In this document: in pieces, positions 7,599 to 17,136 of the stretch | Position numbering within the stretch: position 1 is the first letter of the stretch | Layout: every line of letters begins with the position of its first letter | Assembly (NCBI GenBank): GCA_038248345.1 | Contig: JBBRXO010000049.1 | Coordinates: 1 to 21,051, forward strand | DNA length: 21,051 nucleotides | Source of the DNA: Armatimonadota bacterium | GTDB taxonomy: Bacteria > Armatimonadota > Hebobacteria > CAIYQO01 | Direction of reading: 5' to 3' | The notes under the pieces: model-generated | What the model saw: only the letters and a program-made list of their open reading frames with translations | What the model was told of the DNA's origin: nothing | Databases searched by the model: none | Program-made: the position numbers and the translations under genes

Positions 7599-9677
7599 TT
7601 ATTTATTTGCTGGTGCGTGGTCACCTAGCAGGTATGCTTTGCCGGCGGCCAATGCTAGCGTCCCAGTGGCTACTGACTTTGTCCCGGAAGCTACTTCGAG
7701 CACATCGCCGGTATAGGGCATCGAGGCGTCGTGGAAGGCCCAGATTACTGCTGGCTGATTGCTGCTGTCCAGCCAGAGGGCATATAGCCCATCCGCCGTG
7801 GTGCGCAGGCGTACCATGTGCGGCAATACCGCATTGTACAGGTGATTTACCTGCGCATAACCCTCAGCCAGCTCGCCTCCGGGCGTTCTTGGGCCGCCAT
7901 GCTCGGGGTCGATAGGATTGCCCCAGGGTCGTGCATCAATAATGGGGACGGCACGATAACCACAGAGCCAGAAATACTGCACTGGGTCCAGTTTGTCGGC
8001 GGTGAAGGGGGTGCCTTCGGTAAAGAAGCAGGGGCTGCAGTCCAACAAAGCGAAGGCGTCGTCGTTCTTCACGGTGTCCGACCAGAGGCGACGGCGGAAC
8101 ATATCGTTCTCAAAGCCGTACATCGCCACCTGGCTGACGCCGAAGATAGTGACGACTTCGCAGCGCTGTTTGTAGCCAGCTTTCTGCATCTCTGACTGCA
8201 TGTGCCAGATCTCCTCCGCCTGAGGCGCTTTATCAGGAGACTGCCAGTCTACGCAGGTGACGCCGAGGTTCTGGTAGGAATCCCAGAAAGCGTTATCGAG
8301 ACCAGTGTCAATGCGCACCTGCAGGATCTCCTGCAGCAGGTGGTCGCCAAAGCCAGAGTGCATCCGGCCCGCCTGGAGCACCTTGTAATTGGCATCCCAC
8401 GGGTCGCCATTGGCCTCATGTAATATCCAGTCGGGATGTTCTTTCCAGACGGGAGACCAGATAGAGTACTGCATGCCAAACCACTGGTATATTTTTATCC
8501 CATTATCACGTGCGGTGGAAATCAGGTGTTTCATCCCAGCGTTGCCACCGAAGGCCTCGGCATAACGGTTGGCATAGGGGCAGCAGATATTGCCGTCTTT
8601 CATATGTTCCGGGTCGGAGGTGCAAGACTCCCACACGCCATGGGTGAAGACTTCGCTATATCCGAGCTGCTTATAAAGCGGCATCACGTCTTCCAGCGGC
8701 TTTGTCCATGCCGGGCCGTAGGCACGTAAGTCATCATCCCAAAGGTGAGCGCTGACTGTCGGCAGCGGGATTTCCAGCTGGAAGTCATAGACCGCCAGAA
8801 TGCGGCGACGCACTTCAGAGAAGCAATCGAGCCAGAGGTTGCGCCACTCATGCCGGGCCAGCGGGGACGGATGTCGATACACCAGTAATTTACGCTCATT
8901 GGTCTTCAATTGCTCGGTGAGGTTGAAGAACGGGCGATCTGTGTAATGGATGACATTCTCATCAGCGAACTTATCCAACCGGGCACGCAAGAGTGACGGG
9001 CGTTCGACGAAGATCACCATGGCCAGGTCGTCTTTAACCTGAAAATCGCAGATGGCTGCACCGGCTGCCCGCGGGAGCATATCCATCGGGAAGCAGCCAC
9101 CACAGGCACCGGTTTCTTCAGTAAAGAAACGCTCGATGGTGCTAAAAACGCTGTCCGCTTGCACGGTCTGCTCCAGGTCGATGACGGAGACGTCCTGCTG
9201 AATGAGGGTACAACCGGCAGCAGCGCCACCGAGCTCCCAGGTGGTGTCCTCGATGATCCAGTGTATGGGGTTGCCGGGGGTATTTACTTCCAGTGACATA
9301 GCCAACCCGGTGTAGGTCTGCTCATAAATCTGCTCGGTAATGGGGCGGAAATGCCAGCGAAAAGTAGCTACTGGCGGATGTAAACGGCGGGATACGACGC
9401 GCGCATCGCCCATGGCATCAGCATCTTGCAGACGCGGCAGCCAACTGCCTTCGCTGGTGAAGACGATCGTCACCGCATCGCCATCCGTCTCTACACCTTG
9501 CAAGCGAAACTCATCGAAACGGAAGCCATGCTCGGACTCCGTGTAGACCGTCCACGGCAGTGCCGGGCTACGCAGGGGTGTACCTTGAAAGGTCACCTCT
9601 CCGATACCCAGAAACCGTTCACCGTCCTGGGCTAAAGCCAGGGTGAAACCATTCGCCATTGTAATTGGCTTACTCAT
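7599..9677 (-). CDS. Uncharacterised 692-aa protein with a probable glycoside-hydrolase-like (beta/alpha)8 domain
   Basis: Long ORF with RBS GAGG and no obvious signal peptide. Beta-rich N-terminal half; then FGGNAGMKHLISTARDNGIKIYQW, SPVWKEHPDWIL and GLDNAFWDS, recalling GH13/GH36/GH101-like barrels. Confidence 0.6.
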   Translation of the reverse strand: MSKPITMANGFTLALAQDGERFLGIGEVTFQGTPLRSPALPWTVYTESEHGFRFDEFRLQGVETDGDAVTIVFTSEGSWLPRLQDADAMGDARVVSRRLHPPVATFRWHFRPITEQIYEQTYTGLAMSLEVNTPGNPIHWIIEDTTWELGGAAAGCTLIQQDVSVIDLEQTVQADSVFSTIERFFTEETGACGGCFPMDMLPRAAGAAICDFQVKDDLAMVIFVERPSLLRARLDKFADENVIHYTDRPFFNLTEQLKTNERKLLVYRHPSPLARHEWRNLWLDCFSEVRRRILAVYDFQLEIPLPTVSAHLWDDDLRAYGPAWTKPLEDVMPLYKQLGYSEVFTHGVWESCTSDPEHMKDGNICCPYANRYAEAFGGNAGMKHLISTARDNGIKIYQWFGMQYSIWSPVWKEHPDWILHEANGDPWDANYKVLQAGRMHSGFGDHLLQEILQVRIDTGLDNAFWDSYQNLGVTCVDWQSPDKAPQAEEIWHMQSEMQKAGYKQRCEVVTIFGVSQVAMYGFENDMFRRRLWSDTVKNDDAFALLDCSPCFFTEGTPFTADKLDPVQYFWLCGYRAVPIIDARPWGNPIDPEHGGPRTPGGELAEGYAQVNHLYNAVLPHMVRLRTTADGLYALWLDSSNQPAVIWAFHDASMPYTGDVLEVASGTKSVATGTLALAAGKAYLLGDHAPANK

Positions 9678-9846
9678 GATAATCCTCTTGCGACGTTTTA
9701 TTAATTATCTTCTCCCCACTGTCGCCGGGTAGTGAAGAAGTTTCTTTGAGGTATTTCGATACCCAGCTAGCGTTCACCTGCCAGTATGCAAAAATGATTA
9801 AACAATTTCTCACCGGACGATGAAATGGATGAGGCGGAACTCGACA

Positions 9847-10584
9847 TCATTCCTCCTCATATCCCAAGAAGGTGCGCTCGTAGGCGACGGCGATGGCGAT
9901 GGGGAGCACCGCGGTATATGCGATGTGTGCGATAATATCGAGGTGAATAATATTCAATAATGCTGAGGCAACGTACATGATAACGCCGATTACCGGGAAA
10001 TAGACCAGGAAGAAGAAAACTTCTTTCCCGGTAGTCCGGTATGACTCGAGCAACGCTTCTTTGACGGTCACCGAGCGGTCAATCATGATAGGAGCGGCCA
10101 GACAGAAAAGCGCCACGGTATAGAGTACGCCCAGGCAGCAGGCAAACCACCCCAAAGCGATTACCATGCTGATGAGGAAAAATCCCCTGCCGAATCTGAC
10201 GCCGCTGAAGATACCCAGCACGCTGACGCGCTCGCCCCGCATCTGCTTCAGTGCCGTGTTGATCATCCCGGGAAGAAGCGTGGCAATGGTCACCGACATC
10301 AGCAGGACGATCAATACCAACATCGAGGAAAATAATACAAGCTGGCCTTCTACCTGATGCATCAACGCCGGCTTGGCGCCCGTGGTGAAGATCGGCAACA
10401 GCACATCAATATGCGACAATTTTGCGATAGCCACCGCTGGAAGCACGAGCAGCGTACTGAAGATTAGCCCCTGTAAGAGCCAGAGCCACCATTTGCCGAT
10501 GAATAATTCAAAGATCTCCATGAGCCACATGCCCAATTTATCAAAACTATTACGTGGCGGGTGCGAGAAACTGCTATTAGCCAT
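9847..10584 (-). CDS. Integral membrane protein of unknown function
   Basis: Five to six hydrophobic segments; ALKQMRGERVSVLGIFSG, ACCLGVLY and APIMIDRSVTVKEALLESYR patterns are typical of a widespread uncharacterised membrane family. RBS GAGG upstream. Confidence 0.75.
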   Translation of the reverse strand: MANSSFSHPPRNSFDKLGMWLMEIFELFIGKWWLWLLQGLIFSTLLVLPAVAIAKLSHIDVLLPIFTTGAKPALMHQVEGQLVLFSSMLVLIVLLMSVTIATLLPGMINTALKQMRGERVSVLGIFSGVRFGRGFFLISMVIALGWFACCLGVLYTVALFCLAAPIMIDRSVTVKEALLESYRTTGKEVFFFLVYFPVIGVIMYVASALLNIIHLDIIAHIAYTAVLPIAIAVAYERTFLGYEEE

Positions 10585-10666
10585 ATCTGTCGAATCCTCT
10601 GTGTAAATTGCATTTGCTGTGTTATCTGTTGCTTGTATTATTCGCGCAATGGGGGAGAATCCCTGC

Positions 10667-12109
10667 TCATTGATGACGCAGGGGCATTTCTCCGGCCATT
10701 TTGCGCTTCTTATCCGGCAAAATAACCAGCAACACCACTGGCACCATCAGGATGAAACCGGCCCAGACGATCCAGGCGGAGACGATGAAGCTGGATTGGA
10801 GCTGCTGCAGTGGGGTCTCGTTGCGGAACATGTGCAGCAGCACCTCCGTGCCCAGGAAGGGGGCGATGACGCCGCGGATGCCTACCAGGAAGTTATGCAG
10901 CGCCATGTAGATGGGGATATCCTCACCTTTGGCAAAATGAAAGACGGCAGTGAGCGCGCTCAATTCTACCCCCGGCCCCACCAGCCCCTGCACCAGTGCG
11001 GCCACCACCATGATGGGGACGGCATGGGCATCGGGGGCCACATAGACGAAGAGTACCGGTACTATCCCCTGCAGCAGGAAGGCCGCCAGCAAGGTGAAGA
11101 AAGGGTTGAAACGATCCATCAGCCAGCCCCAGGCGATGTAGGCACCTATCGAGGCGGCGGAGGATACCGTGGCCAGCACCCCCACGGTGGCATCGCTGAT
11201 ATGCAGCGCATCCACCTGCAGCATGGGCACCAGCGGGCCGCGCAGCCAGTTGCCAAAACCGAAGACGAGGAAGGCCAGGCAGTAGAGGCCGAAACGCCAA
11301 TCAACAATTGGCACGCGGAACATCTTGCCCAGGTTATGGAAATACTGCCCCATGGTGGCCAGGGCATTCTCCTGCACCTCTGGCGGGGGCACCGGTTTCT
11401 CATACATGTGGGTGAACATCCATATACTTAGCACCCCGAGGATGCCGCCCACCGGGAAGACCACGCGATAGTCCAGCGGGTGTCCTAGCAACGGTATTGC
11501 CAGCAACCCCAGCGCAACCACCCCCGCGCCGACGAGGAGTTTTTGCCGCATCCCCTGCACTTCATGCGCGATGAGTAGCGCTGCGCCCAGTGTGAAGAGC
11601 GCCACCCACCACCAGGGCAGCCCGCTGGCCATCAGCTTGCCCGCGTACAGCCCGGCCACCATGGCGGCCAGCGTCATGCCGATACGCACCGTGCCCATCA
11701 CCTGCCCGCGGCAGTCATCCGGGTAGGCGTCCTTCATTATCATGGCGTAGGCGGGGCCGGCGAGACAGCCGAGGAGCTGCGAGGCGAAAACCAGGGCAAC
11801 GAACTCGAAACGTGTGGTGGCAAAAGCCATGAGCACCAGCAGGCCACGCGCCACGCTGTTCAGCCAGAAGAGGTAGGGCATCTTCTGCCGGCTCTGCATC
11901 AGGCAGGCCACAAACATGGCGATGACGTTGCCGATAGCCGTGGAGGCCACCAGCATCTCCATCTCGAAGTTGCTGGCCCCCATGCGCCGGGCGATAACCC
12001 CGAAAAATGGTACGGTGAAGCCGGCAAATAGCCCAAAAAGCCACGCCGCCCGCGCGTCCCAGCGGTATGACTCCCGCGCATGTCGGGGAATGAACGACTG
12101 TAAAAACAT
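10667..12109 (-). CDS. MFS transporter
   Basis: YPDDCRGQVMG (TM4-TM5 loop), WGWLMDRFNP (motif-A-like, second half), GIRGVIAPFLG; 12-14 hydrophobic segments. Confidence 0.88.
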   Translation of the reverse strand: MFLQSFIPRHARESYRWDARAAWLFGLFAGFTVPFFGVIARRMGASNFEMEMLVASTAIGNVIAMFVACLMQSRQKMPYLFWLNSVARGLLVLMAFATTRFEFVALVFASQLLGCLAGPAYAMIMKDAYPDDCRGQVMGTVRIGMTLAAMVAGLYAGKLMASGLPWWWVALFTLGAALLIAHEVQGMRQKLLVGAGVVALGLLAIPLLGHPLDYRVVFPVGGILGVLSIWMFTHMYEKPVPPPEVQENALATMGQYFHNLGKMFRVPIVDWRFGLYCLAFLVFGFGNWLRGPLVPMLQVDALHISDATVGVLATVSSAASIGAYIAWGWLMDRFNPFFTLLAAFLLQGIVPVLFVYVAPDAHAVPIMVVAALVQGLVGPGVELSALTAVFHFAKGEDIPIYMALHNFLVGIRGVIAPFLGTEVLLHMFRNETPLQQLQSSFIVSAWIVWAGFILMVPVVLLVILPDKKRKMAGEMPLRHQ

Positions 12110-12202
12110 GTAAAACTGCTCTAATCTGGTTTAATGCTGTGTACTACTGTTATTGATTATTCTCCCCACCCGCGCCATCTACCTTGTTGTTCTTCTATAA
12201 TA

Positions 12203-12231
12203 TTGCGAATTCGGCAAATATGGAATAAAAT
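12203..12231 (+). promoter_or_regulatory. Putative sigma70-type promoter of the Uma2 gene
   Basis: TTGCGA (12203-12208), 17-nt spacer, TAAAAT (12226-12231); RBS GGAGGT at 12246-12251. Confidence 0.55.
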
Positions 12232-12257
12232 GTTGTAATAGAAGCGGAGGTGGCAAG

Positions 12258-12911
12258 ATGGCTTTAGCGCTACGAAAAGTGAAATATCGGTATACCTACG
12301 GCGATTACCTGCACTGGGATGACAGCCGACGCTGGGAGATTATTGACGGCGAAGCTTATGACATGTCGCCTGCCCCTACTCGCAGGCACCAAAGAATATC
12401 CATTGAGTTGGTTCGGCAATTATCGAACTATCTTGTGGGAAAGAAATGCGAGGCCTATTCCGCTCCATTTGACGTAGTACTGCCCGTTCTCGGCGAGAAT
12501 GAAGAGGAATCTGAAACGGTAGTACAGCCGGATATCGTGGTTGTCTGCGATCAACGCAAATTGACCAAACGCGGTTGCACCGGCGCGCCGGAAATGGTGA
12601 TAGAGATACTCTCGCCGTCTACCGCGGTAAAAGACCTGAAGGTAAAGAAAGACCTCTATGAGCGCGCGGGCGTGCGCGAGTACTGGATTGTCCACCCCGA
12701 CGAGAAATGGGTGAACATCTTCCTGCGCGACGAAAAATCCAAATTAGCGCTCCTGGGAACCTTCAGCGCGGAAGACACCCCCGAAGTAAATATCCTACCC
12801 GGCCTGCAGATAGACCTGGCCCAAGTCTTCGCCGCATCCGCCTGGATGGAAGAGACGCTGGAGAAGAACAAAGTGGTACATGGGCCACCGGGGACTGGCG
12901 AAGGCGAGTAG
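12258..12911 (+). CDS. Uma2 family (PD-(D/E)XK) putative endonuclease
   Basis: RWEIIDG..YDMSPAP..RHQ, APFDV, VVQPDIVVVCD, GAPEMVIEILSPST..D..K..LYERAGVREYWIVHP. Confidence 0.95.
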   Translation: MALALRKVKYRYTYGDYLHWDDSRRWEIIDGEAYDMSPAPTRRHQRISIELVRQLSNYLVGKKCEAYSAPFDVVLPVLGENEEESETVVQPDIVVVCDQRKLTKRGCTGAPEMVIEILSPSTAVKDLKVKKDLYERAGVREYWIVHPDEKWVNIFLRDEKSKLALLGTFSAEDTPEVNILPGLQIDLAQVFAASAWMEETLEKNKVVHGPPGTGEGE

Positions 12912-12973
12912 CCCGCGCCCGCCGTGGCGCGTATCACTGGGGCAGATAAGGAATGGGTTATGGGGAGATCGAG

Positions 12974-13324
12974 TTATAAATCAAACGTCTCTCTTAGAGC
13001 AGCGTCTATTCCTTGTTGTACATCTACTGAACATGTTCCAATTTTTCTAATGATCTCTTTAGGGCTCATAGTCGCAATATTATCTACGATAATCATAGAG
13101 TCTATACTAAGCCCCATTTTATTGCCATCTTCACTATTATAGGATATAGGGATGCGCGTAGAGCCTGTTTTATTCAATTTTGAGGTTATGCACACAACGA
13201 GTTTATCACCATAAGTAGTAATTAGCTTATCGGATTGAACAATTAGTACAGGGCGCTTCTTATAGGTTATCTTATCAGCATTAGGAAATGAAACAAGCAC
13301 AACATCGCCCCGACTATAACTCAT
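12974..13324 (-). CDS. mazF: PemK/MazF family endoribonuclease toxin
   Basis: RGDVVLVSFP....KKRPVLIVQ, VVCITSK, GLSIDSMIIVDNIAT. Start ATG 13324 (or 13327) follows GGAGG and overlaps the upstream gene's last codons; the track's 13363 start is probably too long. Confidence 0.92.
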   Translation of the reverse strand: MSYSRGDVVLVSFPNADKITYKKRPVLIVQSDKLITTYGDKLVVCITSKLNKTGSTRIPISYNSEDGNKMGLSIDSMIIVDNIATMSPKEIIRKIGTCSVDVQQGIDAALRETFDL

Positions 13325-13676
13325 CATAAGCCTCCATACCAGGAGCATCCCAGTCTTGCTCAAATGATCTAAACCTCATACGGATTTCCATCGCCTCTTC
13401 TTGAGAAATGTTCATATCAGAAAGTAGTAATTGTTCCTTTACTGTTGTTTTGTGTACGCAAATAAGCCAACTTACACTATAGGCTTTGTCGAATCGACAT
13501 AGTTCATTTTCATTCACAGATTGTGTATACTCATAACCTGTACTTGCATACCAGGGTTGAGCGAATGCGCTAAAGTCTGCGAATGGCTTGAATTCATAAA
13601 TTGTCTTCATATTCCAAGTTAAAGGCGACTGTGAGACATCATAAATCTTCACGGGTGATGCATCGGTATTAACCAT
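13314..13676 (-). CDS. Putative antitoxin (120 aa) with an aromatic-rich N-terminal extension
   Basis: ATG 13676 overlaps the upstream stop and has a GGAGG RBS. The acidic C-terminus ISQEEAMEIRMRFRSFEQDWDAPGMEAYDEL resembles the DW..P.M..YD tails of antitoxins preceding mazF/pemK genes. Confidence 0.7.
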   Translation of the reverse strand: MVNTDASPVKIYDVSQSPLTWNMKTIYEFKPFADFSAFAQPWYASTGYEYTQSVNENELCRFDKAYSVSWLICVHKTTVKEQLLLSDMNISQEEAMEIRMRFRSFEQDWDAPGMEAYDEL

Positions 13677-14445
13677 TGAACTCATCCTCCAGATCACCTT
13701 TAATAAGGGTAAAAAATATATAATCTGTTTTTCTGTGTGCAGCTTCTAGCCATTCAGCAAAATCATCTTGCATTACAGGTACGTCATCATCAGTACTCTG
13801 AATTACTGTTTCCCATATTATTATAGGGCTTCCATTCCCATTTGAACCAGTAGCAAACCTGATGCTTATTTGGCCAATCGGATTATCACAGCGGAAAGAA
13901 GATATCCAGTTCAGATTATTCGGTTGCTGTTGAATATGAGTCCCATTAAAAAGAGCTTCCGGTAGATTAACATTAATTTTCAACTTTTCATGCAAAAAAG
14001 CAAATATGTCATTGTTATAATAATCAAAATTGACAGCGTCAACATAACGTAGTTGCAAACTGTTAATTCTAAATTCATCAGTTTTCGGATGCGCGTCATA
14101 TAATCTACGTACAACTTCAATTGCTCTATTCTGGAATTCACTCCACACATATTTATCGGTTTCGTTTAGTGTAAGCAATCCAGGTCCAAGTTGGATTAGT
14201 GGCCATTGGTCCGCGGCTACTCGAAATCTATGCTGTGGGATATATCCAGCAATTTCTTCTGGAAGCATTGATGATGGCAATTGTTCATGTGCAGGATAGT
14301 CAGGAGCAAGGCGATCATATAATCTTCCCATTAAAAGCTTATAGTGTGGGTCAATACTAGTATTTGGCGTTAAGACTTTCAGAGCCCATTTTATCTCTAA
14401 AATAACCTCAACGAGCGGTTTTGATTTCAGTACTATTTCTGACAT
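13669..14445 (-). CDS. TIGR04255-like protein
   Basis: KPLVEVILEIKW, HRFR...WPLIQLGPGLLTLN..KYVWSEF, INSLQLRYVD and AHRKTDYIFFTLI are characteristic of this family. Start ATG 14445 with GAGG RBS (track start 14481). Confidence 0.8.
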   Translation of the reverse strand: MSEIVLKSKPLVEVILEIKWALKVLTPNTSIDPHYKLLMGRLYDRLAPDYPAHEQLPSSMLPEEIAGYIPQHRFRVAADQWPLIQLGPGLLTLNETDKYVWSEFQNRAIEVVRRLYDAHPKTDEFRINSLQLRYVDAVNFDYYNNDIFAFLHEKLKINVNLPEALFNGTHIQQQPNNLNWISSFRCDNPIGQISIRFATGSNGNGSPIIIWETVIQSTDDDVPVMQDDFAEWLEAAHRKTDYIFFTLIKGDLEDEFNG

Positions 14446-14520
14446 AAATTTTTCCTCAACACCAGAACTAATCATTCCCATAATATATCACATTATTCAC
14501 GTAGTGTGTAGGCAAATCAG

Positions 14521-14743
14521 ATTCTGTCCAGGAGCGGCTGGCAATGTAAGGGATAGCCGTTCTCGTACTCCATTGTTATAGGCAACAAAGGAGGGCAACA
14601 TAGAGATTATGAACATCTTACTTGATAACAATGCTGATCCGAACATGACAGTTGAATCAGGTCGTATTTCTCCTCTGGGGCTGGCAATAAGGGAAAAGCA
14701 TCGTGATATTGAAGTTCTGTTAAGAAAGTACGGCGCTTGTTGA
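14521..14743 (+). pseudogene. Ankyrin-repeat gene remnant (absent from the ORF track)
   Basis: Frame from 14531: GAAGNVRDSRSRTPLL*ATKEGNIEIMNILLDNNADPNMTVESGRISPLGLAIREKHRDIEVLLRKYGAC*. This is two ankyrin repeats with an in-frame TAG at 14579-14581, a likely frameshift near 14530 and no start. Confidence 0.8.
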
Positions 14744-14770
14744 TAATAGTTCGAGTAGAACGATGCTAAC

Positions 14771-15050
14771 CTTGGGAACTCCAATCTCCGCATTGGCGTC
14801 TGGCCAAATCGGGGACTGTCCTCGCGTACAGCAGCGGGTATAAGCGTGATTTGTGCCTGCCATGGTTAGTCTCCCTTTCGTTTTCAGCCTGCGTTCGGGA
14901 CTGTCCCCAGCTGGGTAGCATAGACGAAAACGGGGGCAAATATGGGGGCTGTACTATTGGAAAACCGGGTGCTGTGCGCGAGGACAGTCCCGTTTTCCCC
15001 CGCCACTTCGTGGCGGGGGACGGGCCAATGCGGAGATTGGCGTTCCCGGG
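14771..15050 (-). repeat. Composite dispersed repeat, copy B, with nested inverted repeats (MITE/BIME-like)
   Basis: Outer IR 14771-14797 / 15024-15050 (GGGAAC-CCAATCTCCGCATTGGC); inner IR about 14812-14833 / 14970-14991 (GGGACTGTCCTCGCG-ACAGCA); perfect 11-bp hairpin 14996-15020; homologous to 3927-4089. Confidence 0.85.
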
Positions 15051-15057
15051 GTGTTAT

Positions 15058-16431
<1,374 letters not shown>

Positions 16432-16459
16432 AATTTACCTCACATTTAATCTTTGCTAC

Positions 16460-16488
16460 AGTATACCGGCTTTGCGGATTTGTATCAA
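16460..16488 (-). promoter_or_regulatory. Putative sigma70 promoter of glyQS
   Basis: Minus strand TTGATA (16488-16483), 17-nt spacer, TATACT (16465-16460); RBS GAGGT just before ATG 16431. Confidence 0.7.
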
Positions 16489-16510
16489 AAGATGTGGCGG
16501 CGGTAGGTAC

Positions 16511-16858
16511 GTAGCATGGGTGTCTCGCCCATTCACCACGCGCTAAAGCACATGGCTATAAGATCAAGCACCCTGAAGGGCGCTATTGGCCAAGATTATT
16601 CATACGACCCTAACCATCATAAACTTGTTCCACCATGCATGACATCGTATCTTAATTTGTTCCTAACGTGGGCGCAAGCCTTGCGCCCCTACACCCACGT
16701 TGGGAACGTCGCTGAATTTTTTTCATCAACTTGAGGTGAATGGAAACCCCAATATTTCCGCTGGGATTGAAATCCCGGCTGCAGGGCACTGCGCGCCAGT
16801 CGTCCGCCATAGCCAGGATGGCGACGGCGGATTGTTAGCCACCTCCTTTAGGGGGTGG
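16511..16858. repeat. Cluster of REP-like palindromes of several types
   Basis: GTAGCATGGGTGTCTCGCCCAT (16511-16532); AGCACCCTGAAGGGCGCT (16567-16584); GGGCGCAA-GCC-TTGCGCCC-CTAC (16670-16692, a GTAG-led REP on the minus strand); 53-bp repeat copy 2 (16756-16808); TAGCCACCTCC-TTTA-GGGGGTGG (16836-16858). Confidence 0.8.
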
Positions 16859-17136
16859 TGCAAACCTGGTCGTTCACGGCCATGGTAGGGCCGGATTATC
16901 ACTAAAATCGATACTCCTACTGCTTAATCTGTATCAATTCATCGGGGAACTCAAGGAATGTAGCGCCATTTTCTTCTATTGTTGCATTATAAGCATAAAG
17001 ATGTGGTAACATAGTAGCAAAGTATTGTAAATGTGAGAAGTAGGATGTTTTGCAGAACATGCTTTTTTTGTTTATACTTGGTGCCATATATTGCTATCTA
17101 CGGTGATAGGCGCTTTTATGCTAGACCGGGTTAAAT

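Noticed and set aside
10619..11431. 270-aa plus-strand His/Gln-rich ORF
   Set aside because: Antisense to the MFS gene; its composition is typical of a shadow frame of a hydrophobic GC-rich gene.
12258..12911. Uma2 nuclease as part of the MazF operon system
   Set aside because: Opposite strand, own promoter and host-like composition; Uma2 genes are commonly scattered paralogues.
14996..15020. Hairpin as the intrinsic terminator of glyQS
   Set aside because: On the minus strand it is followed by AAACGGG rather than a U-tract; treated as part of the repeat element.
16917..17012. 31-aa minus-strand ORF MLPHLYAYNATIEENGATFLEFPDELIQIKQ, faintly like a HicB/AbrB N-terminus
   Set aside because: Too short, no RBS, and it overlaps the likely promoter region of the 1207-aa gene; the resemblance may be chance.
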